Origin: Eledone cirrhosa | Lineage: Eukaryota | Direction of reading: 5' to 3' | NCBI GenBank assembly: GCA_964016885.1 | Contig: OZ024741.1 | Location: 414,470,001 to 414,534,000 of the forward strand | DNA length: 64,000 bases | In this document: positions 51,801-64,000 of the stretch, piece after piece | Position numbering within the stretch: position 1 is the stretch's first letter | How the letters are laid out: the number at the start of each line of letters is the position of its first letter | Position numbers and translations under genes: made by a program | Notes under the pieces: model-generated | What the model was told of the DNA's origin: nothing | Seen by the model: only the letters and a program-made list of their open reading frames with translations | The model's database searches: none

Positions 51801-54800
51801 GTACAATGACTGCAGCTGTGCAGCCCGTAGCCTAACACTGTACAATGACTGGAGCTGTGCAGCCCGTAGCCTAACACTGTACAATGACTGCAGCTGTGCA
51901 GCCCGTAGCCTAACACTGTACAATGACTGCAGCTGTGCAGCCCGTAGCCTAACACTGTACAATGACTGGAGCTGTGCAGCCCGTAGCCTAACACTGTACA
52001 ATGACAGCAGCTGTGCAGCCCGTAGCCTAACACTGTACAATGACTGCAGCTGTGCAGCCCGTAGCCTAACACTGTACAATGACTGGAGCTGTGCAGCCTG
52101 TAGCCTAACACTGTACAATGACTGGAGCAGGGCAGACCGTAGCCTAACACTGTACAATGACTGGAGCTGTGCAGCCCGTAGCCTAACACTGTACTATGAC
52201 TGGAGCAGGGCAGACCGTAGCCTAACACTGTACAATGACTGCAGCTGTGCAGCCCGTAGCCTAACACTGTACAATGACTGGAGCAGGGCAGACCGTAGCC
52301 TAACACTGTACAATGACTGCAGCTGTGCAGCCCGTAGCCTAACACTGTACAATGACTGGAGCTGTGCAGACCGTAGCCTAACACTGTACAATGACTGCAG
52401 CTGTGCAGCCCGTAGCCTAACACTGTACAATGACTGCAGCTGTGCAGCCCGTAGCCTAACACTGTACAATGACTGGAGCTGTGCAGCCCGTAGCCTAACA
52501 CTGTACAATGACTGGAGCTGTTCAGCCCGTAGCCTAACACTGTACAATGACTGGAGCTGTGCAGCCCGTAGCCTAACACTGTACAATGACTGGAGCTGTG
52601 CAGCCCGTAGCCTAACACTGTACAATGACTGCAGCTGTGCAGCCCGTAGCCTAACACTGTACAATGACTGGAGCAGGGCAGGCCGTAGCCTAACACTATA
52701 CAATGACTGGATCTGTGAAGCCCGTAGCCTAACACTGTACAATGACTGGAGCTGTGCAGCCCGTAGCCTAACACTGTACAATGACTGGAGCTGTGCAGCC
52801 TGTAGCCTAACACTGTACAATGACTGCAGCTGTGCAGCCCGTAGCCTAACACTGTACAATGACTGCAGCTGTGCAGCCCGTAGCCTAACACTGTACAATG
52901 ACTGGAGCAGGGCAGCCCGTAGCCTAACACTGTACAATGACTGGAGCTGTGCAGCCCGTAGCCTAACACTGTACAATGACTGCAGCTGTGCAGCCCGTAG
53001 CCTAACACTGTACAATGACTGGAGCTGTGCAGCCCGTAGCCTAACACTGTACAATGACTGGAGCTGTGCAGCCCGTAGCCTAACACTGTACAATGACTGG
53101 AGCTGTGCAGCCCGTAGCCTAACACTGTACAATGACTGCAGCTGTGCAGCCCGTAGCCTAACACTGTACAATGACTGCAGCTGTGCAGCCCGTAGCCTAA
53201 CACTGTACAATGACTGGAGCAGGGCAGCCCGTAGCCTAACACTGTACAATGACTGCAGCTGTGCAGCCCGTAGCCTAACACTGTACAATGACTGGAGCTG
53301 TGCAGCCCGTAGCCTAACACTGAACAATGACTGCAACTGTGCAGCCCGTAGCCTAACACTGTACAATGACTGGAGCAGGGCAGCCCGTAGCCTAACACTG
53401 TACAATGACTGCAGCTGTGCAGCCCGTTGCCTAACACTGTACAATGACTGGAGCAGGGCAGGCCGTAGCCTAACAGTGTACAATGACTGGAGCTGTGCAG
53501 CCCGTAGCCTAACACTATACAATGACTGCAGCTGTGCAGCCCGTAGCCTAACACTGTACAATGACTGGAGCAGGGCAGGCCGTAGCCTAACACTGTACAA
53601 TGACTGCAGCTGTGCAGCCCGTAGCCTAACACTGTACAATGACTGGAGCAGGGCAGCCCGTAGCCTAACACTGTACAATGACTGGAGCAGGGCAGCCCGT
53701 AGCCTAACACTGTACAATGACTGGAGCTGTGCAGCCCGTAGCCTAACACTGTACAATGACTGCAGCTGTGCAGCCCGTAGCCTAACACTGTACAATGACT
53801 GGAGCAGGGCAGCCCGTAGCCTAACACTGTACAATGACTGCAGCTGTGGAGCCCGTAGCCTAACACTGTACAATGACTGCAGCTGTGCAGCCCGTAGCCT
53901 AACACTGTACAATGACTGGAGCAGGGCAGGCCGTAGCCTAACACTGTACAATGACTGGAGCTGTGCAGCCCGTAGCCTAACACTGTACAATGACTGCAGC
54001 TGAGCAGCCCGTAGCCTAACATTGTACAATGACTGGAGCAGGGCAGGCCGTAGCCTAACACTGTACAATGACTGCAGCTGTGCAGCCCGTAGCCTAACAC
54101 TGTACAATGACTGGAGCAGGGCAGCCCGTAGCCTAACACTGTACAATGATGCAGCTGTGCAGCCCGTAGCCTAACACTGTACAATGACTGGAGCAGGGCA
54201 GCCCGTAGCCTAACATTGTACAATGACTGGAGCAGGGCAGGCCGTAGCCTAACACTGTACAATGACTGCAGCTGTGCAGCCCGTAGCCTAACACTGTACA
54301 ATGACTGCAGCTGTGCAGCCCGTAGCCTAACACTGTACAATGACTGCAGCTGTGCAGCCCGTAGCCTAACATTGTACAATGACTGGAGCAGGGCAGCCCG
54401 TAGCCTAACACTGTACAATGACTGGAGCAGGGCAGCCCGTAGCCTAACACTGTACAATGACTGGAGCTGTGCACACCGTAGCCTAACACTGTACAATGAC
54501 TGGAGCTGTGCAGCCCGTAGCCTAACACTGTACAATGACTGCAGCTGTGCAGCCCGTAGCCTAACACTGTACAATGACTGGAGCTGTGCAGCCCGTAGCC
54601 TAACACTGTACAATGACTGAAGCTGTGCAGCCCGTAGCCTAACACTGTACAATGACTGCAGCTGTGCAGCCCGTAGCCTAACACTGTACAATGACTGGAG
54701 CTGTGCAGCCCGTAGCCTAACACTGTACAATGACTGCAGCTGTGCAGCCCGTAGCCTAACTCTGTATAATGACTGCAGCTGTGCAGCCCGTAGCCTAACA

Positions 54801-57800
54801 CTGTACAATGACTGCAGCAGTGCAGACCGTAGCCTAACACTGTACAATGACTGGAGCTGTGCAGCCCGTAGCCTAACACTGTACAATGACTGGAGCAGGG
54901 CAGCCCGTAGCCTAACACTGTACAATGACTGCAGCTGTGCAGCCCGTAGCCTAACACTGTACAATGACTGGAGCTGTGCAGCCCGTAGCCTAACACTGTA
55001 CAATGACTGCAGCTGTGCAGCCCGTAGCCTAACACTGTACAATGACTGCAGCTGTGCAGCCCGTAGCCTAACACTGTACAATGACTGGAGCTGTGCAGCC
55101 CGTAGCCTAACACTGTACAATGACAGCAGCTGTGCAGCCCGTAGCCTAACACTGTACAATGACTGCAGCTGTGCAGCCCGTAGCCTAACACTGTACAATG
55201 ACTGCAGCTGTGCAGCCTGTAGCCTAACACTGTACAATGACTGGAGCAGGGCAGACCGTAGCCTAACACTGTACAATGACTGGAGCTGTGCAGCCCGTAG
55301 CCTAACACTGTACAATGACTGGAGCAGGGCAGACCGTAGCCTAACACTGTACAATGACTGCAGCTGTGCAGCCCGTAGCCTAACACTGTACAATGACTGG
55401 AGCAGGGCAGACCGTAGCCTAACACTGTACAATGACTGCAGCTGTGCAGCCCGTAGCCTAACACTGTACAATGACTGGAGCTGTGCAGACCGTAGCCTAA
55501 CACTGTACAATGACTGCAGCTGTGCAGCCCGTAGCCTAACACTGTACAATGACTGGAGCTGTGCAGACCGTAGCCTAACACTGTACAATGACTGCAGCTG
55601 TGCAGCCCGTAGCCTAACACTGTACAATGACTGCAGCTGTGCAGCCCGTAGCCTAACACTGTACAATGACTGGAGCTGTGCAGCCCGTAGCCTAACACTG
55701 TACAATGACTGGAGCTGTGCAGCCCGTAGCCTAACACTGTACAATGACTGGAGCTGTGCAGCCCGTAGCCTAACACTGTACAATGACTGGAGCTGTGCAG
55801 CCCGTAGCCTAACACTGTACAATGACTGCAGCTGTGCAGCCCGTAGCCTAACACTGTACAATGACTGGAGCAGGGCAGGCCGTAGCCTAACACTATACAA
55901 TGACTGGATCTGTGAAGCCCGTAGCCTAACACTGTACAATGACAGGAGCTGTGCAGCCCGTAGCCTAACACTGTACAATGACTGGAGCTGTGCAGCCTGT
56001 AGCCTAACACTGTACAATGACTGCAGCTGTGCAGCCCGTAGCCTAACACTGTACAATGACTGCAGCTGTGCAGCCCGTAGCCTAACACTGTACAATGACT
56101 GGAGCAGGGCAGCCCGTAGCCTAACACTGTACAATGACTGGAGCTGTGCAGCCCGTAGCCTAACACTGTACAATGACTGCAGCTGTGCAGCCCGTAGCCT
56201 AACACTGTACAATGACTGCAGCTGTGCAGACCGTAGCCTAACACTGTACAATGACTGCAGCTGTGCAGCCCGTAGCCTAACACTGTACAATGACTGGAGC
56301 TGTGCAGCCCGTAGCCTAACACTGTACAATGACTGCAGCTGTGCAGCCCGTAGCCTAACACTGTACAATGACTGCAGCTGTGCAGCCCGTAGCCTAACAC
56401 TGTACAATGACTGGAGCAGGGCAGCCCGTAGCCTAACACTGTACAATGACTGCAGCTGTGCAGCCCGTAGCCTAACACTGTACAATGACTGGAGCTGTGC
56501 AGCCCGTAGCCTAACACTGTACAATGACTGGAGCTGTGCAGCCCGTAGCCTAACACTGTACAATGACTGCAGCTGTGCAGCCCGTAGCCTAACACTGTAC
56601 AATGACTGGAGCAGGGCAGGCCGTAGCCTAACACTATACAATGACTGGATCTGTGAAGCCCGTAGCCTAACACTGTACAATGACTGGAGCTGTGCAGCCC
56701 GTAGCCTAACACTGTACAATGACTGGAGCTGTGCAGCCTGTAGCCTAACACTGTACAATGACTGCAGCTGTGCAGCCCGTAGCCTAACACTGTACAATGA
56801 CTGCAGCTGTGCAGCCCGTAGCCTAACACTGTACAATGACTGGAGCAGGGCAGCCCGTAGCCTAACACTGTACAATGACTGGAGCTGTGCAGCCCGTAGC
56901 CTAACACTGTACAATGACTGCAGCTGTGCAGCCCGTAGCCTAACACTGTACAATGACTGGAGCTGTGCAGCCCGTAGCCTAACACTGTACAATGACTGGA
57001 GCTGTGCAGCCCGTAGCCTAACACTGTACAATGACTGGAGCTGTGCAGCCCGTAGCCTAACACTGTACAATGACTGCAGCTGTGCAGCCCGTAGCCTAAC
57101 ACTGTACAATGACTGCAGCTGTGCAGCCCGTAGCCTAACACTGTACAATGACTGGAGCAGGGCAGCCCGTAGCCTAACACTGTACAATGACTGCAGCTGT
57201 GCAGCCCGTAGCCTAACACTGTACAATGACTGGAGCTGTGCAGCCCGTAGCCTAACACTGAACAATGACTGCAACTGTGCAGCCCGTAGCCTAACACTGT
57301 ACAATGACTGGAGCAGGGCAGCCCGTAGCCTAACACTGTACAATGACTGCAGCTGTGCAGCCCGTTGCCTAACACTGTACAATGACTGGAGCAGGGCAGG
57401 CCGTAGCCTAACAGTGTACAATGACTGGAGCTGTGCAGCCCGTAGCCTAACACTGTACAATGACTGCAGCTGTGCAGCCCGTAGCCTAACACTGTACAAT
57501 GACTGGAGCAGGGCAGGCCGTAGCCTAACACTGTACAATGACTGCAGCTGTGCAGCCCGTAGCCTAACACTGTACAATGACTGGAGCAGGGCAGCCCGTA
57601 GCCTAACACTGTACAATGACTGGAGCAGGGCAGCCCGTAGCCTAACACTGTACAATGACTGGAGCTGTGCAGCCCGTAGCCTAACACTGTACAATGACTG
57701 CAGCTGTGCAGCCCGTAGCCTAACACTGTACAATGACTGGAGCAGGGCAGCCCGTAGCCTAACACTGTACAATGACTGCAGCTGTGGAGCCCGTAGCCTA

Positions 57801-60800
57801 ACACTGTACAATGACTGCAGCTGTGCAGCCCGTAGCCTAACACTGTACAATGACTGGAGCAGGGCAGGCCGTAGCCTAACACTGTACAATGACTGGAGCT
57901 GTGCAGCCCGTAGCCTAACACTGTACAATGACTGCAGCTGAGCAGCCCGTAGCCTAACATTGTACAATGACTGGAGCAGGGCAGGCCGTAGCCTAACACT
58001 GTACAATGACTGCAGCTGTGCAGCCCGTAGCCTAACACTGTACAATGACTGGAGCAGGGCAGCCCGTAGCCTAACACTGTACAATGATGCAGCTGTGCAG
58101 CCCGTAGCCTAACACTGTACAATGACTGGAGCAGGGCAGCCCGTAGCCTAACATTGTACAATGACTGGAGCAGGGCAGGCCGTAGCCTAACACTGTACAA
58201 TGACTGCAGCTGTGCAGCCCGTAGCCTAACACTGTACAATGACTGCAGCTGTGCAGCCCGTAGCCTAACACTGTACAATGACTGCAGCTGTGCAGCCCGT
58301 AGCCTAACATTGTACAATGACTGGAGCAGGGCAGCCCGTAGCCTAACACTGTACAATGACTGGAGCAGGGCAGCCCGTAGCCTAACACTGTACAATGACT
58401 GGAGCTGTGCACACCGTAGCCTAACACTGTACAATGACTGGAGCTGTGCAGCCCGTAGCCTAACACTGTACAATGACTGCAGCTGTGCAGCCCGTAGCCT
58501 AACACTGTACAATGACTGGAGCAGGGCAGCCCGTAGCCTAACACTGTACAATGACTGCAGCTGTGCAGCCCGTAGCCTAACACTGTACAATGACTGCAGC
58601 TGTGCAGCCCGTAGCCTAACACTGTACAATGACTGGAGCAGGGCAGCCCGTAGCCTAACACTGTACAATGACTGCAGCTGTGCAGCCCGTAGCCTAACAC
58701 TGTACAATGACTGGAGCAGGGCAGCCCGTAGCCTAACACTGTACAATGACTGCAGCTGTGCAGCCCGTAGCCTAACACTGTACAATGACTGGAGCTGTGC
58801 AGCCCGTAGCCTAACACTGTACAATGACTGAAGCTGTGCAGCCCGTAGCCTAACACTGTACAATGACTGCAGCTGTGCAGCCCGTAGCCTAACACTGTAC
58901 AATGACTGGAGCTGTGCAGCCCGTAGCCTAACACTGTACAATGACTGCAGCTGTGCAGCCCGTAGCCTAACTCTGTATAATGACTGCATCTGTGCAGCCC
59001 GTAGCCTAACACTGTACAATGACTGCAGCAGTGCAGACCGTAGCCTAACACTGTACAATGACTGGAGCTGTGCAGCCCGTAGCCTAACACTGTACAATGA
59101 CTGGAGCAGGGCAGCCCGTAGCCTAACACTGTACAATGACTGCAGCTGTGCAGCCCGTAGCCTAACACTGTACAATGACTGGAGCTGTGCAGCCCGTAGC
59201 CTAACACTGTACAATGACTGCAGCTGTGCAGCCCGTAGCCTAACACTGTACAATGACTGCAGCTGTGCAGCCCGTAGCCTAACACTGTACAATGACTGGA
59301 GCTGTGCAGCCCGTAGCCTAACACTGTACAATGACAGCAGCTGTGCAGCCCGTAGCCTAACACTGTACAATGACTGCAGCTGTGCAGCCCGTAGCCTAAC
59401 ACTGTACAATGACTGCAGCTGTGCAGCCTGTAGCCTAACACTGTACAATGACTGGAGCAGGGCAGACCGTAGCCTAACACTGTACAATGACTGGAGCTGT
59501 GCAGCCCGTAGCCTAACACTGTACAATGACTGGAGCAGGGCAGACCGTAGCCTAACACTGTACAATGACTGCAGCTGTGCAGCCCGTAGCCTAACACTGT
59601 ACAATGACTGGAGCAGGGCAGACCGTAGCCTAACACTGTACAATGACTGCAGCTGTGCAGCCCGTAGCCTAACACTGTACAATGACTGGAGCTGTGCAGA
59701 CCGTAGCCTAACACTGTACAATGACTGCAGCTGTGCAGCCCGTAGCCTAACACTGTACAATGACTGGAGCTGTGCAGACCGTAGCCTAACACTGTACAAT
59801 GACTGCAGCTGTGCAGCCCGTAGCCTAACACTGTACAATGACTGCAGCTGTGCAGCCCGTAGCCTAACACTGTACAATGACTGGAGCTGTGCAGCCCGTA
59901 GCCTAACACTGTACAATGACTGGAGCTGTGCAGCCCGTAGCCTAACACTGTACAATGACTGGAGCTGTGCAGCCCGTAGCCTAACACTGTACAATGACTG
60001 GAGCTGTGCAGCCCGTAGCCTAACACTGTACAATGACTGCAGCTGTGCAGCCCGTAGCCTAACACTGTACAATGACTGGAGCAGGGCAGGCCGTAGCCTA
60101 ACACTATACAATGACTGGATCTGTGAAGCCCGTAGCCTAACACTGTACAATGACAGGAGCTGTGCAGCCCGTAGCCTAACACTGTACAATGACTGGAGCT
60201 GTGCAGCCTGTAGCCTAACACTGTACAATGACTGCAGCTGTGCAGCCCGTAGCCTAACACTGTACAATGACTGCAGCTGTGCAGCCCGTAGCCTAACACT
60301 GTACAATGACTGGAGCAGGGCAGCCCGTAGCCTAACACTGTACAATGACTGGAGCTGTGCAGCCCGTAGCCTAACACTGTACAATGACTGCAGCTGTGCA
60401 GCCCGTAGCCTAACACTGTACAATGACTGCAGCTGTGCAGACCGTAGCCTAACACTGTACAATGACTGCAGCTGTGCAGCCCGTAGCCTAACACTGTACA
60501 ATGACTGGAGCTGTGCAGCCCGTAGCCTAACACTGTACAATGACTGCAGCTGTGCAGCCCGTAGCCTAACACTGTACAATGACTGCAGCTGTGCAGCCCG
60601 TAGCCTAACACTGTACAATGACTGGAGCAGGGCAGCCCGTAGCCTAACACTGTACAATGACTGCAGCTGTGCAGCCCGTAGCCTAACACTGTACAATGAC
60701 TGGAGCTGTGCAGCCCGTAGCCTAACACTGAACAATGACTGCAGCTGTGCAGCCCGTAGCCTAACACTGTACAATGACTGGAGCAGGGCAGCCCGTAGCC

Positions 60801-63800
60801 TAACACTGTACAATGACTGCAGCTGTGCAGCCCGTAGCCTAACACTGTACAATGACTGGAGCAGGGCAGGCCGTAGCCTAACACTGTACAATGACTGGAG
60901 CTGTGCAGCCCGTAGCCTAACACTGTACAATGACTGCAGCTGTGCAGCCCGTAGCCTAACACTGTACAATGACTGGAGCAGGGCAGGCCGTAGCCTAACA
61001 CTGTACAATGACTGCAGCTGTGCAGCCCGTAGCCTAACACTGTACAATGACTGGAGCAGGGCAGCCGGTAGCCTAACACTGTACAATGACTGCAGCTGTG
61101 CAGCCCGTAGCCTAACACTGTACAATGACTGGAGCTGTACAGCCCGTAGCCTAACACTGTACAATGACTGCAGCTGTGCAGCCCGTAGCCTAACACTGTA
61201 CAATGACTGCAGCTGTGCAGCCCGTAGCCTAACACTGTACAATGACTGCAGCTGTGCAGCCCGTAGCCTAACACTGTACAATGACTGCAGCTGTGCAGCC
61301 CGTAGCCTAACACTGTACAATGACTGGAGCAGGGCAGGCCGTAGCCTAACACTGTACAATGACTGGAGCTGTGCAGCCCGTAGCCTAACACTGTACAATG
61401 ACTGCAGCAGTGCAGACCGTAGCCTAACACTGTACAATGACTGCAGCTGTGCAGCCCGTAGCCTAACACTGTACAATGACTGGAGCTGTACAGCCCGTAG
61501 CCTAACACTGTACAATGACTGCAGCTGTGCAGCCCGTAGCCTAACACTGTACAACGACTGCAGCTGTGCAGCCCGTAGCCTAACACTGTACAATGACTGG
61601 AGCAGGGCAGCCCGTAGCCTAACACTGTACAATGACTGGAGCTGTGCAGCCCGTAGCCTAACACTGTACAATGACTGCAGCTGTGCAGCCCGTAGCCTAA
61701 CACTGTACAATGACTGGAGCAGGGCAGCCCGTAGCCTAACACTGTACAATGACTGCAGCTGTGCAGCCCGTAGCCTAACACTGTACAATGACTGCAGCTG
61801 TGCAGCCCGTAGCCTAACACTGTACAATGACTGGAGCAGGGCAGGCCGTAGCCTAACACTGTACAATGACTGGAGCTGTGCAGCCCGTAGCCTAACACTG
61901 TACAATGACTGCAGCTGTGCAGCCCGTAGCCTAACACTGTACAATGACTGCAGCTGTGCAGCCCGTAGCCTAACACTGTACAATGACTGCAGCTGTGCAG
62001 CCCGTAGCCTAACACTGTACAATGACTGGAGCTGTGCAGCCCGTAGCCTAACACTATACAATGACTGGAGCAGGGCAGCCCATAGCCTAACACTGTACAA
62101 TGACTGGAGCTGTGCAGCCCGTAGCCTAACACTGTACAATGACTGCAGCTGTGCAACCCGTAGCCTAACACTGTACAATGACTGCAGCTGTGCAGACCGT
62201 AGCCTAACACTGTACAATGACTGGAGTGTGCAGACCGTAGCCTAACACTGTACAATGACTGGAGCTGTGCAGCCCATAGCCTAACACTGTACAATGACTG
62301 CAGCTGTGCAGACCGTAGCCTAACACTGTACAATGACTGCAGCTGTGCAGCCCGTAGCATAACACTGTACAATGACTGGAGCAGGGCAGCCCGTAGCCTA
62401 ACACTGTACAATGACTGGAGCAGGGCAGCCCGTGGCCTAACACTGTACAATGACTGCAGCTGTGCAGCCCGTAGCCTAACACTGTACAATGACTGCAGCT
62501 GTGCAACCCGTAGCCTAACACTGTACAATGACTGCAGCTGTGCAGACCGTAGCCTAACACTGTTCAATGACTGCAGCTGTGCAGACCGTAGCCTAACACT
62601 GTACAATGACTGCAGCTGTGCAGCCCGTAGCATAACACTGTACAATGACTGGAGCAGGGCAGCCCGTAGCCTAACACTGTACAATGACTGGAGCAGGGCA
62701 GCCCGTGGCCTAACACTGTACAATGACTGCAGCTGTGCAGCCCGTAGCCTAACACTGTACAATGACTGCAGCTGTGCAACCCGTAGCCTAACACTGTACA
62801 ATGACTGCAGCTGTGCAGACCGTAGCCTAACACTGTTCAATGACTGGAGCTGTGCAGACCGTAGCCTAACACTGTACAATGACTGCAGCTGTGCAGCCCG
62901 TAGCATAACACTGTACAATGACTGCAGCTGTGCAGCCCGTAGCCTAACACTGTACAATGACTGCAGCTGTGCAGCCCGTAGCCTAACACTGTACAATGAC
63001 TGCAGCTGTGCAGCCCGTAGCCTAACACTGTACAATGACTGCAGCTGTGCAGCCCGTAGCCTAACACTGTACAATGACTGGAGCAGGGCAGCCCGTAGCC
63101 TAACACTGTACAATGACTGGAGCAGGGCAGCCCGTAGCCTAACACTGTACAATGACTGCAGCTGTGCAGCCCGTAGCCTAACACTGTACAATGACTGCAG
63201 CTGTGCAACCCGTAGCCTAACACTGTACAATGACTGGAGCTGTGCAGCCCGTAGCCTAACACTGTACAATGACTGCAGCTGTGCAGCCCGTAGCATAACA
63301 CTGTACAGTGACTGGAGCAGGGCAGCCCGTAGCCTAACACTGTACAATGACTAGAGCAGGGCAGCCCGTAGCCTAACACTGTACAATGACTGCAGCTGTG
63401 CAGCCCGTAGCCTAACACTGTACAATGACTGCAGCTGTGCAGCCCGTAGCCTAACACTGTACAATGACTGCAGCTGTGCAGCCCGTAGCCTAACACTGTA
63501 CAATGACTGCAACTGTGCAGCCCGTAGCCTAACACTGTACAATGACTGCAGCTGTGCAGCCCGTAGCATAACACTGTACAATGACTGCAGCTGTGCAGCC
63601 CGTAGCCTAACACTGTACAATGACTGGAGCAGGGCAGCCCGTAGCCTAACACTGTACAATGACTGCAGCTGTGCAGCCCGTAGCATAACACTGTACAATG
63701 ACTGCAGCTGTGCAGCCCGTAGCCTAACACTGTACAATGACTGGAGCAGGGCAGCCCGTAGCCTAACACTGTACAATGACTGCAGCTGTGCAGCGCGTAG

Positions 63801-64000
63801 CCTAACACTGTACAATGACTGCAGCTGTGCAGCCCGTAGCCTAACACTGTACAATGACTGCAGCTGTGCAGCCCGTAGCCTAACACTGTACAATGACTGC
63901 AGCTGTGCAGCCCGTAGCCTAACACTGTACAATGACTGGAGCAGGGCAGCCCGTAGCCTAAGACTGTACAATGACTGCAGCTGTGCAGCCCGTAGCCTAA
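24816..64000. repeat. 39-bp tandem satellite, ~1000 copies, truncated by window end
   Basis: Consensus GTAGCCTAACACTGTACAATGACTG(G/C)AGC(TGT/AGG)GCAGCCC repeated head-to-tail with no spacers. Three dominant unit types plus a recurrent 38-bp deletion unit (AATGATGCAGC). Confidence 0.99.

Noticed and set aside
24755-63971. Dozens of long ORFs (up to 2694 aa) in the ORF track
   Set aside because: They are translations of a 39-bp satellite, overlap in several frames and on both strands, mostly begin at non-ATG codons, and are broken by recurrent frameshifts with no sign of coding constraint.
1-64000. CRISPR array interpretation of the 43-bp or 39-bp periodicity
   Set aside because: Units are contiguous with no unique spacers, there are no cas genes, and the context is spliceosomal eukaryotic.

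Overview
Eukaryotic (animal) genomic DNA, most likely a coleoid cephalopod; this is inferred from recalled SINE/RTE family motifs and is not verified. About 94% of the window is two tandem arrays: a 43-bp satellite (1-20708, ~480 copies) and a 39-bp satellite (~24816-64000, ~1000 copies). Both run off the window edges and both show kb-scale higher-order duplications. All long ORFs in the supplied track are artefacts of these repeats. The ~4.1-kb island between the arrays holds three phase-compatible, GT-AG-bounded minus-strand exons (24330-24201, 23530-23466, 22356-22198). They splice into 118 stop-free codons that I recognise as an internal part of UNC79, a NALCN sodium-leak channel complex subunit, so both satellites appear to lie inside giant unc79 introns. 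The island also contains: a 60-bp minisatellite built from an amplified 3' splice site (10 out-of-frame decoy acceptors); a TSD-flanked tRNA-derived SINE; RTE LINE 3' fragments; and a ~130-bp inverted repeat carrying a type I hammerhead-ribozyme-like motif. On the unc79 sense strand the 43-mer is G-rich, carries a 5'-splice-site-like motif in nearly every unit, and is complementary to the acceptor and its decoys.
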